Source: Psilocybe cubensis (lineage: Eukaryota). Taken from it: a DNA stretch of 64,000 nucleotides. The notes beneath the pieces are model-generated. The model had not been told where the DNA came from, ran no database searches, and worked only from the letters and a program-made list of their open reading frames with translations. Every line of letters begins with the position of its first letter. The stretch's first letter is position 1. The stretch covers positions 3,162,001 through 3,226,000 of the forward strand of contig CM039004.1 in the NCBI GenBank assembly GCA_017499595.2. The letters are read 5' to 3'. Shown here piece by piece: positions 14,166 through 26,600 of this stretch. The position numbers and the translations under genes are program-made.

Positions 14166-14719
14166 CTACGCCGTGCCCATCATATCCGTCTCCATCGTCG
14201 TCGAAGATACTGTCTGAGGCCGCCTGTTCTCTCGACCCAGCCCAGCTGCACGTTCCGACTCCTCGATCGTGTATGCAGGTTCACGAAGCTGCTTGAGCCG
14301 TCTTTTGTGCACTTTGCTACGCCAGTGGGATTGAAGAGCAGCATCTGTCTCGAAGTATCTAGGAACAACAAAGTTGAAGAGGCTAATGGAATTGCGCTAC
14401 AGAATGACTCACTTTGCACATTCGACGCAGTAGTGTTGAGCAAGACCAGGTTTTTCGTAATCAATCGCTTGTGCTTCTAGAGCTGCTCTGTTCTAATACA
14501 TAGAAGCATCTTTGAGTACAAAGACCCGAATCGTTTGGGAGCAACTCACTTTTGGATCCAGGTCAATAAGTTGGATCATATCCAAATCGCGAGTCCTGAC
14601 CTTAACCAACATTAAAACATAAGATTGGATAAGAAAGCATATCAGCCTACTCGTGTTCTGGCACCTCTTTGAACATCTCTCCGCGCATGGTGGGCTCGAG
14701 AACGACGTAAACGACCCAT
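14166..14719 (-). CDS. BUD20: Bud20/ZNF593 C2H2 zinc-finger 60S biogenesis factor, 4 exons
   Basis: Spliced [108 protein letters not shown]...; missed by the ORF track because of introns. Confidence 0.92.
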
Positions 14720-15236
14720 TTGAGGATGAGAGTGAGGCAGGAGTGCTCAGTGAGGTACAAAGAAATTAAATTTGATAGAACCCTAATATCGGGTTCTATT
14801 GTGAATGTTATTATTGGCACGCATAACCAAACACTGCGTGGTCTGATTCAAATTGTAATGTTTTAAGTCTCCATCATCCTGGCACCATCCCGACTCCATT
14901 TAAACATATTTTCTAGTTAGACAACGCGTCCACTCTTTCAACAACCGTTGAAGGGATTTATATTCTACAGGAATGCAAAACACCTTCACAATCTATCTCT
15001 AATCCACTTAATTCCCGGCGAAAGTGTTCGAATACCACGCTCTCAGCTGCTACTACACCAAGAACTATTAGGTCGTTGGGTAACCCTGCTCTCACAAATT
15101 TACCAGAAACCAGTAGAAGACCTAGGGCATATACTCGGACTTCACACGTGGAAGATAGCTTTGAGGATTTGAATAGTTAGGACAAAATTCTGGAAGGAGC
15201 AACCTTTGAGTGAGCGCAAAGAGGCATGAATCGAGT

Positions 15237-18036
15237 ATGCGCGTCGTAACATGGAATATCGTACGTTTTCATGCACTTTCTCTCTTTGATATCAACAGGA
15301 ATGACGTCTGCGCGATGTAGAATGGTGTTCGAACGCTTCCACAATATCACCCGTGAGTATTCCGGTCGTACATCTCCTTCGCCCTTAACATGACCATTCC
15401 TCTAGATGGAATTCGTTTAAAACATTTGACGAGATATTGAACCATTTGGAGGCAGACATTATATGTTTTCAAGGTACTTAACACTATTTCGTCCCATTGC
15501 TCTTGTATATCTTACACGGTCCACAGAGATGAAAATTACCCGACAAGCCCTGCAAAAGGCCACCGCTCTCCCGCCCTCTTTCGACTCCTTTTTCTCCTTC
15601 CCGTTGCGCAAAACCGGGTACTCTGGATGTGCCGTATATACACGCCGCACCTGTGCGGTACCACTCAAAGCTGAAGAAGGCCTTACAGGCCTGTTGCAAC
15701 CAAAACCGCCACTTACCTCTGAAGAGAAGGTCTCAGGCGCGGGAATGTATCCTCCAGATGTCACAATTCCCCTTAGCAATGAAGAAGGCGGAGATGAAGA
15801 AAGGAGAAAGGCAACAATAGATTACAAAACGCTTGACAGCGAGGGTCGCGCTGTCGTTCTTGACATGGGACTTTTTGTGCTCATCAATACGTACTGTCCC
15901 AACGATGGCACCGGCACAGAAGAGCGGGACATCTTCAAGATGCAGTACCATCGCATGCTGCAGACACGCATTGATTGTCTTATACGAGAAGGACGGGAGG
16001 TCATGCTAGTGGGCGATATCAATGCATGCGCGGCAATTGAGGACCACTGCGAAGGTCAGCTCATGGTGGAGAAAGGATGGGCGGAGGGGCTTGAGGGGGA
16101 GGAGGGATTTTGGGGCAAGGAAAGCCGCAGGTGGATGAGAGATTTGATATTGCAGGAGGGCGACGAATCCGGGAACAGAAAAGGCAAATTGGTAGACATC
16201 GTTCGCAAGTTTTGGCCAGATAGGAAGGGGATGTACACTTGTGCGTTCACGCTACTTTTTATTCCAATCATGGCCGCCATACTAACTTCCACTTAAAATA
16301 TAGGCTGGAACACGAAGATATCTGCACGCGACAGCAACTATGGCACGCGTATTGACTTTATCCTCATCACCCCTGGCCTTGTCCCATGGATCAAAGCTGC
16401 AGACATTCAGCCAGAAATCAAAGGCAGCGATCACTGTCCGGTGTTTGTCGATTTCCACGACGAAATCATTACCACCTCTAGTCGTTTTAGCGATGGGACA
16501 CCAACAACCATAAAACTTCAAGACGTTTTAGGTGCACCTCCTCTTCCGGAAACAGGCGCTCCAGCCGACCCGCCGCGTATTGCAGCCAAGTACTGGGAAG
16601 AGTACAAGCAGAAGTTACTTTCTAATTTCTTTGGGAAGAAGGTGCCTGGTGTGCCTACAACCACTGCGACACAGAAATCTACGAAAGCTCTTTTTACGCC
16701 GAAGGCTTCAGCCAGTCCCGCATCTGCTTCTCAGGATACTGATGTTGAAATGTCAGCAATGGATTGTGCTTCACCTGCATCGAGATCCAGAAAATCATCA
16801 TTAACGACAACAGTTAAACCAAGACCACCGCCCAAAGCAACGAACAATAAGTCAAACTTAAACACGACTTCGCCTGCCGTATCTCAGTGTCCAAACGATG
16901 TTCATGACCTTACTCAGAAAGATAAAGCAGAAACTGCTACAGATGCACCCATGATTGGGACGTCTCAAGTATCAACAAACAGTGAAACAGATTCTCAAAG
17001 TCGAGAACAGTTACTCTCTCCACCACCGACGCTAGATCACTCAGCCTCTTCCTCATCGGACACAGCAAAATCTGCAGTTGCTCCAGAAGAACCTCAGAAG
17101 ATGTCAAAACGTAGAAGAGACCTCGCCGCCATCATCGCTCCTGTCAAGAAAGCAAAAATCTCCAAGTCGTCTTCCTCCAAATCTTCTTCTTCGTTTCTGT
17201 CAGAAATGAAGCCAGACTCAACAAAGGGGGGGAAGTCGGTGAAAGGAAAAGAGAAAGAGAAGGCCAAACAGCTCAAAGGGAAGGAGAAAGTACCCATAGA
17301 TTCCGAGACCAACTCTCAGGGTGTTTCCTTATCATCCGACGCTGAAGATATGAACCCCCCAGTAGACATCTCCGCCACACCAGACACGGATACGAAAGCG
17401 GCAGCGAGCATGGACGTGGATGAAGATGCCGATTACCGTTTTGCTCTGCAATTGGCGCAGTCCGAAGGCAATATTGCGCCAGATGACCCATCCTCAGAGC
17501 AAAGTCAAGGCGAAGGATCATCCGTCTCTGAGAGGTATAAAAAGGGACGAATGAGATCGCCGATTCGCCTACCTTCACCACCAAGTACCAATGGAAACGG
17601 AAAGGCGAAGAGCGTAAGAAAAGACAAGGAACAAAACTTTAAACAGGCGTGGAATACCCTCCTTGCGCCTATACAGGCTCCTCTTTGCGTTGTCCATCAA
17701 GAACCTACCAAGGAGTACACCGTGAATAAGCCCGGGCCAAACAAAGGGAAGAAGTTTTTCACGTGCTCTCGGTATGTTAGATTATACTTTGCCGCCGATA
17801 TTTTCTTTTGCTAGGTCTCTCAATTGTTGATGCTGAACTGTCATTCCTCTTGCAGCTCTGTCGGACCAGGATATGACAAGGGCTATTCTGAACGACCACG
17901 GGATCAAGTCGATCCACAATACAAGTGCAATTTCTTCAAATGGTCGAGCGAGGTCAGAAAAGAGATGTCGAGAAACGCACAGTCCAACTCGCCTTCGAAA
18001 TCGAATGGAAACGGGTCCTTCGATGCACAATCTTAA
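15237..18036 (+). CDS. APN2: AP endonuclease 2 (ExoIII/EEP family with C-terminal zf-GRF)
   Basis: MRVVTWNI-NGVR, DIICFQE, GYSGCAVY, GDIN, YTCWNTKISARDSNYGTRIDFIL, GSDHCPV; C-terminal CVVHQEP...KPGPNKGKKFFTCS...CNFFKW. Confidence 0.95.
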
Positions 18037-18381
18037 TTCGAGGAATTCAAATTTTGGAAAATATCTGTAATTTATTTATACCAAATGTAAGTGATTCAGC
18101 ATTCTTCTGCGCATTTCAGGCTTCCCTGGTCTCTTTCTTGTGGTGTGCATCGGACTCAGAAACTCACTAAAATAAAATGTTGTATCCCCCCCAGATTTAT
18201 CACGTGATCGCGTATACTACCCTGAGTGTAGCTACGTGTTCGCGTATCGTGTCAGTCCAGGTGTCTCCCAAGATGAGAACGACGGCACGGGTGTTATAAA
18301 CGGCATAGAATCTGGCCTCGCACTGCTTCCCTCTCTCCCCAACCGTTTGAATAATATTTGCCTTTGGAAATCTTTCCAATC

Positions 18382-19199
18382 ATGCCTACTTTGCGCCAGG
18401 TGCGTGCCCCTTTTTAGCGTCTCGTACCCGTTCTAATCATGTGGCTAGATCCTGCTTAAGGGCCTTTCATTTCTTACCTCGTTAATATCCGTTCTGGTAC
18501 TCTATAAAGGAATTGGTGTCTTAGCAAACACGCAATCCCCTCTGGTTGTCGTGCTAAGGTGCATTACATATTTTAATCACACTTTCTTTAAACTTATGAA
18601 TACCTGCTCTTAAACGTCCAGTGGCTCCATGGCACCGGCTTTCCATAGAGGAGATATTTTATTTTTGACTAATCCTCGTACTATCCAGTACAAGACCGGT
18701 GATATTGTGGTGTACAGTGTTCCTGGCGCAGAAATACCCATTGTCCATCGTGTAATGCAGGCTCTTGATATTGAAAGGGAATATGACGACGCTCGATATC
18801 CTCTCGATGGTGATGTGAAGTGGTTTGTTCAGCCACAATACAAGACATGGCAAGCGGAAAGTGAAGGCGATGCGCGGGACCAACTTCTCTTGACCAAGGG
18901 AGACAATAATGATGTTGATGATATTGAGTTGTATAATGGGCTCGATGGACTTCAGCGTAAACATATCATTGGGAAAGTCCGTTGGTAAGCACTTGATTTT
19001 ATTTCTTGCAATGTAAAAATCCCGTAGTCATATTTCCTCGTATACAGGTTCCTCCCGTACGTTGGATATGCCTCCATCATCATGGTCGGTTTGTTTCCGA
19101 GGTCTCTTCGACTATCATCCTTACTTTGATTTTCAGAATGAAATGCCGCTTGTCAAATACGGTTTCTTTGCTATACTTGGACTTGTTTCTATTTTGTAA
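18382..19199 (+). CDS. SEC11: Signal peptidase complex catalytic subunit (S26B)
   Basis: Spliced MPTLRQ...[23 protein letters not shown]...IPIVHRV...[12 protein letters not shown]...IIGKVR...FLPYVGY; catalytic Ser/His/Asp motifs present. Confidence 0.92.
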
Positions 19200-19368
19200 C
19201 ACGTTGTTTGATTTGATGTTCTATAATACATTGTGTTGTAAATATACTGTCCGTCGCTATGCTTTGTGTCTTTGATTTGGACTTTTGGGTTGAGGATTCT
19301 ACAATATACATTCCGTTGTTTTTGAGTTGGTTTAGGGTATTTAAAGGGTGTTCCGCAAGGATAAAGGC

Positions 19369-21159
19369 CTACAACTCTAGATGACTACCTTGACTCATCG
19401 AAGAGCGATACCACAATCCATCTCCTGCTTGCTTATCCGACCTAGCGACATAGTCCCTTGCAGGCGTTGTAATAATCTTTGAAACACCGACGCTGTCGAG
19501 AGGACCGAACGTCGTGACACTTTGGGAGATCTCCTTATTGACGCGGTAAATGTGACCAATGGATGGATTGCTGCCCGAACGACCGCCACGATTGCTTTCC
19601 GAATCGGCAGAGGAAATAGAGAGTTGAGATAGATTAGGTAGATCTTCAGCGACTTCAAGCAACGTCCACTGAAAAAAGAACATAATCAGCAAGCCGTAAA
19701 ACTTGGACAATTTGATTTGGATTCAAAAAACTCACGACAACATCTTGTTTCTTGGCTCGATTTATATCCTCGGAGTTGATGTGAATTTTGAGGTTCGACA
19801 GTTTAGTGCATTGGAGGAGGCTGGAGGAGTTGTGTTTCCCAAAACACCATTTCCCTTCGTAAACGGGGCACACATCAAGACTGACCAAGGTGCCTGCATG
19901 CTTTGGAAGGACATCTCTGTAGAACTTCATGGCAAGGGCATCGGACTTCTTAGCACTGTGGGCGGTCGCGGAGGTCAGGGTGAGCTTTTGAAGCCCGGAA
20001 TAGGAGGAAAGGTAGTCAAGAAGCGCGTCGTTGACTTCGTCTGTTGTTAATTCCTTCAGACAAATCCGTTCCTCTCTTAGGGTATCCCAAATCTCTTCCG
20101 TGGAGGAGCTGAAGGCTGCTGTGCGTCGAAGAAGTTCTTCATGTGCTGAGTCGTCGAGGTCCGATGGCGAAAATGTGCGAGTGTCGAGATTGACATGAAG
20201 AGATAGTGAAACTAGACTGCGAAGATGGGGTAAGGTGATATCGTCGAGGCGTATACACCACCCGCGTAACGTCAGGTGGCTGAGGTTCAGAGGTGAAGCT
20301 GGCGGAACTGCTCCAAGAAGATCGTGAAGAGTCGATATATCACTGTCGTCTGATCGATAGTTGTGGCCGACATCCAAATGCGTAAGGCGAGGAGAGTTGG
20401 AGATAAGAGTGCGAAGGCCTGAGACGACATCTCTTCGATAATGAAGACAAGAGCCAGTGATGGTGATTTTGCGGAGATCGGTCAACTGCTCCAGCTTCAG
20501 GGACGATGCTGTACCACCTCCTAATGATATCCGGAGTTCGGATAGGGCAGGAAGGGAGACTAGGGAATCCATCACGACGATCTGAACCCATTCAGGATCA
20601 TGCATCCCAACGTGCCACCTAGATGATAGATAATATATTAGACACTGGTCCAACATAATATACTTGCACCGGCTCACCAAACTTCTTGGACCTTTCGCAA
20701 TGAGCAAATAGCTTGACCGAGATGTGCGAGTAGCCCCTTGTTGACTGAATGCGCCTCTGCGAGCGGCCCTCGACTACGAGACCGTGAATTACGATTGCGT
20801 TCTACAGACCGCGATCTTGAACGCGCCCCAAGATGTGAATCTGGACTGAAACCTCGAATTTCTAACGATCGAGCATGAATGCGAGCAGTCGTTGTGCGCG
20901 AAGCCAGGGCCTCCAGCTGTTCGCAAATCAAATCGGGTTGGTAGTTGCTGTACTTCAAGACAATGTTGGAGAATAGCTGATGCTCAACGATCTCATTGAG
21001 ATATCTGCACACTCTGCGCACGGTTTTCTTGTGTGTTCCACCGAGCTGCCATGAAGGAGATGTGTCAGTTTGAGAAAATGACGAGACAACACATTAATAT
21101 CTCACGTATTCGGTGATTTTTTCGATGATTTCTGGAGGAAGGGAAAGAAGTTCGAGCAT
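19369..21159 (-). CDS. F-box / LRR-like protein (Agaricomycete expanded family)
   Basis: N-terminal F-box-like MLELLSLPPEIIEKITEY...; LxxLxL repeats (LSELRI, LRKITI, LTHLDV, LQKLTL); GT..AG introns join ORFs 20674-21021, 19655-20707 and 19369-19710. Confidence 0.8.
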
Positions 21160-22065
21160 GAGGGTATGTGGAGTGAGAGGCGAAACATACGTCTTATGAA
21201 TGCATATTTATTAGGACAACGGACCATGGACAGGATTTTGAGCCGCCAAGCCAGGGCTCATCTTGCGACATGATGACTCCGTGCAGAGAAATTTGTGAGC
21301 AAATACTCTCAGGTGGTCATTGGTCCCAATTCAAGTTCCTTCCGCCCAGTTTAATCCAATGCCCCACACCGGGTCAAACGTTCAAACGTGGTTGCCGTTG
21401 CACCTCAAACAAGCGAGTACAACCGACAATTGACACGATTTCGCATAATAAAGGTGGCATTCCGCTTCATTAAGAGTAATGTTCAGGCAAAAAGTCAGCA
21501 GTTGTGTAGAACTTGGGGTCTTTTGGAGTTTGTATAAGGCCTATTTGGGTAAGATGCTCCTAGCCGGCTCTACTTTATTTCTGTCACGGAGATGTTTTGG
21601 AAATCCAAGGCGAAACGTTTCCGAATTGGGGATTCTAGGAAACACGTGAGTTTTTGCATCCGTTGGCATTGGGTACCGCCCCAGGGCCCCAAGCCTTCGA
21701 TATGCCGACGCTCGTTAACTTCCAACGACCTTCTTGCGACTTCTATTATTCAGAACAGGTGTACTTTTGTTAGAACGTTTTAGAACTCCAATGTGTACTT
21801 GATCTAGACTCTAAAACATACTTTTAGGCCGATAGAGCCCGATGCTTTCATCCCCAAATTCACAATCAATATTCTCTCTTATGATGAGGGCACTAGAACG
21901 CATATGATGTAAGTCTTTATCGTCTAGGCCTTTGTTAGGAGTGTTTAGGTCACATGAATCATTCAGCAAAGGACTTACAGCTCTTAGGGTTCCCGCACGA
22001 AGTCCCTCAGACTAATTCAGCCAAAGTTCAGCACGACGAACGTTGAAAAAGTTCATTGTGATTCA

Positions 22066-23503
22066 CTATCCTATTTGAGGTACGAACGAAACGTTCTTCT
22101 TATCCAAAATCTGTAATTTTGGAAGTTGTGCAACAGTTTGGGCAAGTAAATCCTTCAAAGCGATGAGTTAGGGCTTATAGATGAGGGAAAAAGTAAAGTT
22201 AATAAATACCAAAGTGCCTTTGCTATGGTTCTGAACGATATCAACAATCGAGACTGTAAGCTCTTCGAGATGTTTGCATTGCGAAATCGCTCCTGCATTA
22301 TGCCTGCCAAAACACCACGCTCCAAGAGATATCGTCACCAAATTCAAAACTTTCAAGGTACGGGCAACTTTGGGAAGTACTTCATCAAAGAATCTATTGG
22401 CGACGGACTCATCAGAGTGGCTCCACAACCTCGCGCTGTTATCGAATATGATCTGTTCAATCCCATCATATGAAACCAGATAGTCGAGCAACGAATCATC
22501 AACTTCAGTGAGGTTCACGTCTATTTTGGTCAGATAGATGGACTCATTCTTCAAAGTTTCCCAGATCTGAAAAAGGTGAGAGCCATGAGTCGACGTCGTA
22601 AGATTGAAATGAATCGATAGGGATTTCAGTGAGCGCAGGTGATATAGAGTTTCAGCATCCAACAGGGTTCTCATACAACGCAGACGGAGACTTTCAAGGG
22701 GAAGTGGTGGAATAGTTGTATCTTTAGGAAGGATGTCGTGGAGAGACGGCGCTGCCACCGTGGCGGCGTAGTATCCCGAATCGATATCCAAGTAGGTCAT
22801 AGCCGGACTTTGCGACACGACCTTTTCCACCGCAGACGCAACTGCAGCAGCATGGTGACCCGTCAAGAAGATGTTCGTAAGACGTAAAGAGTGTCTTCCT
22901 CCAATCAAACCCAGTTGAGCGGGGAAAAAAGCCGAACACCCGCCACTGCAATCAAAGGAAGCTTCGATACGAGGGTTGAGGCCTATTTGGTCCATAATGG
23001 CCTCGACACTCGACTTGGAATCGCCAGGACAGGTGTACCATCTATGGTCACTGTTAATGTTCCTTTGGCATAGGTGGACAGCGGATGGACTTACGAGAGG
23101 GAACGAACGTTTGACAGCAACGACATAACAGTAGGAAACAAGACAGTAAACCGGTTCTCTTCGTCTAAGCCGGTAGATACGCCATAGTACGAGTTGTAGA
23201 TTATCACGTCTCGTGCATGCTTGACTATTCTTGTCGGCTGTGAAGCAATCGATGAGAGCTGATGATATGTCTTTTCAAAGGACACCGTGTTGATGTCAAT
23301 GAAAAGCTTAGCAAGAACCAATGCTTCAACTGAGCATGAGATGTACTGGGAAACTAGGCTGAGAGATCGATTATCATTTGTATCTAGCTTCAATGCCAGA
23401 TAGATGCATCAGTCGTTGGCATGATAGATTGTAAAAGTATGCGCACCTGCAGACCTATCTCGTATATGGTTTCTGGAGGTAACGACAGAATAGTGGTTGG
23501 CAT
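22066..23503 (-). CDS. F-box / LRR-like protein, divergent tandem paralogue of 19369-21159
   Basis: MPTTILSLPPETIYEIGLQ first exon; shares motifs with the neighbour (IWETLKNESIYL vs IWDTLREERICL; LLDYLVSY vs LLDYLSSY; WCFGRHN vs WCFGKHN); last exon ends ...VPQIG*. Confidence 0.78.
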
Positions 23504-23551
23504 AAGCAGAAGGTGCCCCCTATACCGAACTGTGGTAGTAATTGATAAGTG

Positions 23552-23572
23552 CCTGGACTCTTTAAGTCCAGG
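23552..23572 (-). terminator. Candidate Helitron 3' subterminal hairpin
   Basis: Perfect 8-bp inverted repeat CCTGGACT-CTTTA-AGTCCAGG about 50 bp downstream of the RepHel stop. It is followed on the minus strand by CACTTAT, not a canonical CTRR. Confidence 0.5.
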
Positions 23573-23623
23573 TTTAGGGTGGTAGCATTTTTCTATAAAA
23601 GGAAATAGGTGGTCTCGTTCGGT

Positions 23624-26600
23624 CTAGATTGGTCTAGATTGTTCGACGTCGGACTTCGCTATGTTGTCCAGTCTGTTTAACTCGTTGCGCAGTTCTTCAG
23701 GTAACCGATTGTATATTTTATTCTCAGGGAACCATCGTAGAACTAGTAATCCAGATATGGATTTTACTCTGGAGAGCATTACATATGCACCTTGACCTCT
23801 TGCCGTTAATAAATCAACAATTACCCTATCAAGTGTGCGACCTTGTCCTTTATAGTCTGTGTACGCATACGCTGGTATTAGTGGGACTTGTTTCCGTGTA
23901 AAGCTGTCAAACAATTTGATATGCTTTTGGTATTTAACATCTATTGAAGTCGAAGAAGGGAAAATTGGAACAACATCTTTTTCTAGCCCGTCTACTTGTA
24001 TTCCACAACCTTTGACGTGTACATACACAGCTTTGCAGTATCGACGGTATTTCTCGTCCACTTCATATTTTATGTCTGTGACTATACCCTCAGTGCCATT
24101 GACTATTTTATCATCGAATGCAATGTTTTCTGTTATCATTACTTTCATTCCAATGAAAAGAGGTAGTTTTCCAAGGGCGTCGTTTGTTTTTGTTGAAGGT
24201 AGTCTCCATAATATCTGTTGGAACTCACCTGTAATCCTTTTTTTGTGTCTCTCATCTCGTGAATAGTATATATGTGGTGATATATTTGCTTTTGTTGAAT
24301 GGTACTTGATTAGCTTGGCATTCAGGATGTCTCGTACGGCCTTGTTGCCTACAATGATAGGTGCATCTCTGAACAATGCTAGTGTTTTTGGATTAGAAGC
24401 CTGTTTCTGGATAAGTCTGTTATATATATAATGGTAATCTGACTGTTCATTGTCACTTTTAATATTGTTAATATTACTTCTGCAGAGGCCCAATCTTAGT
24501 CTATCAAGAAAAAGGGCATACTTTATGTCTCTTGCGTGTCTTTCGTTTTTGACTAGTTGTATCACTGTTTTTACTTGTCTCCATAGAAATGCGCCATTTA
24601 GTTGTGATGGTCCTGACACGTTCCGAGCTTCTGCAAAAGACGGGTTCTTCACCAATTCATTTGCATATAATGGCTTTTGTAGAGGGGGTTTTAGTTGTGC
24701 GCAGTCGCCCATAAATATTACATTAATTCCTCCGAATGGTTTATTGCTGTTAACGACGTCATCTCCTTTCCCTTGCCTAATTCTGATAGAGATTTCACTG
24801 AGGAATTTTGCGCTTATCATTGAGGTCTCGTCTATTATTAAAGTTTTTATGTATTTCCAAATTTGAATTAGTTTAAGTTTATTGGGTTTTGCTTGTGACT
24901 GATTTGCATGAGATACTATCAGTGAGTGTAGTGTTTGTCCTCCGATCAGCACTGCCGCTATTCCGGTCGGTGCTCCTAATAATAACTCATTCCTGCGATG
25001 CAAGCGCTCGAATAACATAATCAGACATTTTATCAAATGGGATTTACCTGTACCGCCAACGCCTGCAATATGAATCAGCAACTGTTCCTTGTTGTCGGTT
25101 ATGATATGGTTACCGATGATTCGGAACGCCTTTAGCTGTTCTGGGTTATTTAAAAGTCCCATTTCTTCTGCGATGTTGTTCATGGTGTCAGTGTCTGTTA
25201 TTGAATTGTAATTATGACTTAAATCATACAAATCCTGGAGTATAGCTTGCTTGGCAATAGGTGCATAGTTCCCATTGCGATATCGTTTGGGTGGCGTAGT
25301 TATGTCGTCTGTGTCGGGTTCATGTAGCATTGCACGTTTTCTTTTTGATTTCATGATGGCGCGATGGCTTGCTAACAGATCATCCACTTCATGTGATGTT
25401 AGAGTTTGTTGGTTTACTGGAACTGATTTTTGATATTCCGTGTCCACAGCAGTTTCCGTTGTATCCAGTGGGAGACACATGTCTAGAAATCTTGAAGTTT
25501 CCTCTCCTATGTTATCTATGGAGTCGTGTAAGTTTGTTGTAAAGTCTTCGTTGGGGTTTTCAATGCATTGGAAGGGATCTGGAGAGTATACATCGTTAGG
25601 GTTGAGGGTGTCTGTATTACCTTCCGTGTCTGTTAATATTATATCCTGTACTTCATCGGACACTACATCCTCGGATGTTTTTCCACGTCTGCGCTGCCTG
25701 TGTGCGTCGCGGGCCTCGCTACATTCTGTCAAAGCTTGCATGTTCTGTATGATGCGCGTGTGTTCTAGTTTCATTGATATCTCGTAGTTATGAAATGCGT
25801 CTGTCCATGTTTCTGATGGGGTCTTTAAATCTGATATATCCCTCCACGGTTTGAAGAGGAGTAACATGTCCCTTGCCCAGTCATCTTTTAGTTGATCAGA
25901 CTTCAATGGATTCGGAATAGAAGGGCCTAGTATAATTGGTATACAACTTTTTCTTCTGATTGTCATATAATGGGTGAAATACTCAGGGTGCTCGTCGTTT
26001 AAGAATGATCCTGGACGTACTGCTGTTTCAATGTGTAACATTTCTTTGGTATACCGTTGTTTGATACCCCATGCTACAAAGTCATACAAACACAAATCTA
26101 TGAATTTGTCGTTCGCTGGTCTTAAACAATAGTCCAGTCGTTGGTTGGACGCCGTTATGTCTCTGTCACCCATATTTAACTCAACTGACTCTTCGTTTTC
26201 TTGTTCGTTGGTATTGCTTACGTCGTCTAATGTGCTGTTGTTGGGCGTCTGATTGGATTTAGTGTGATGAGACATGCAAAACCTTCTTATACTGTGCCAT
26301 TTGAGTATAGCAAATTTGTGAGATGTGTAGTGGTCGCCTCCGCCTACTAGATAGCTCATTACTTGTGGTTGTGATATTTCCTGTCTGCCCATCATACTAT
26401 TAACAGCTGTTATGATGGCACCCACTGTTTGATTGTCTGATATTTCTGATTGATTTGCGGACATTTTGCTGTACGCTTTACTTACAGCATACGACAACGC
26501 GGCCATACCTGCATGAACTGGTAGAGATGCCTTTGTTATATAATCAGTAACATAGTACAAGAACGCTTTTGCTGCATCTCCTGACCCTACGAATTTAATG

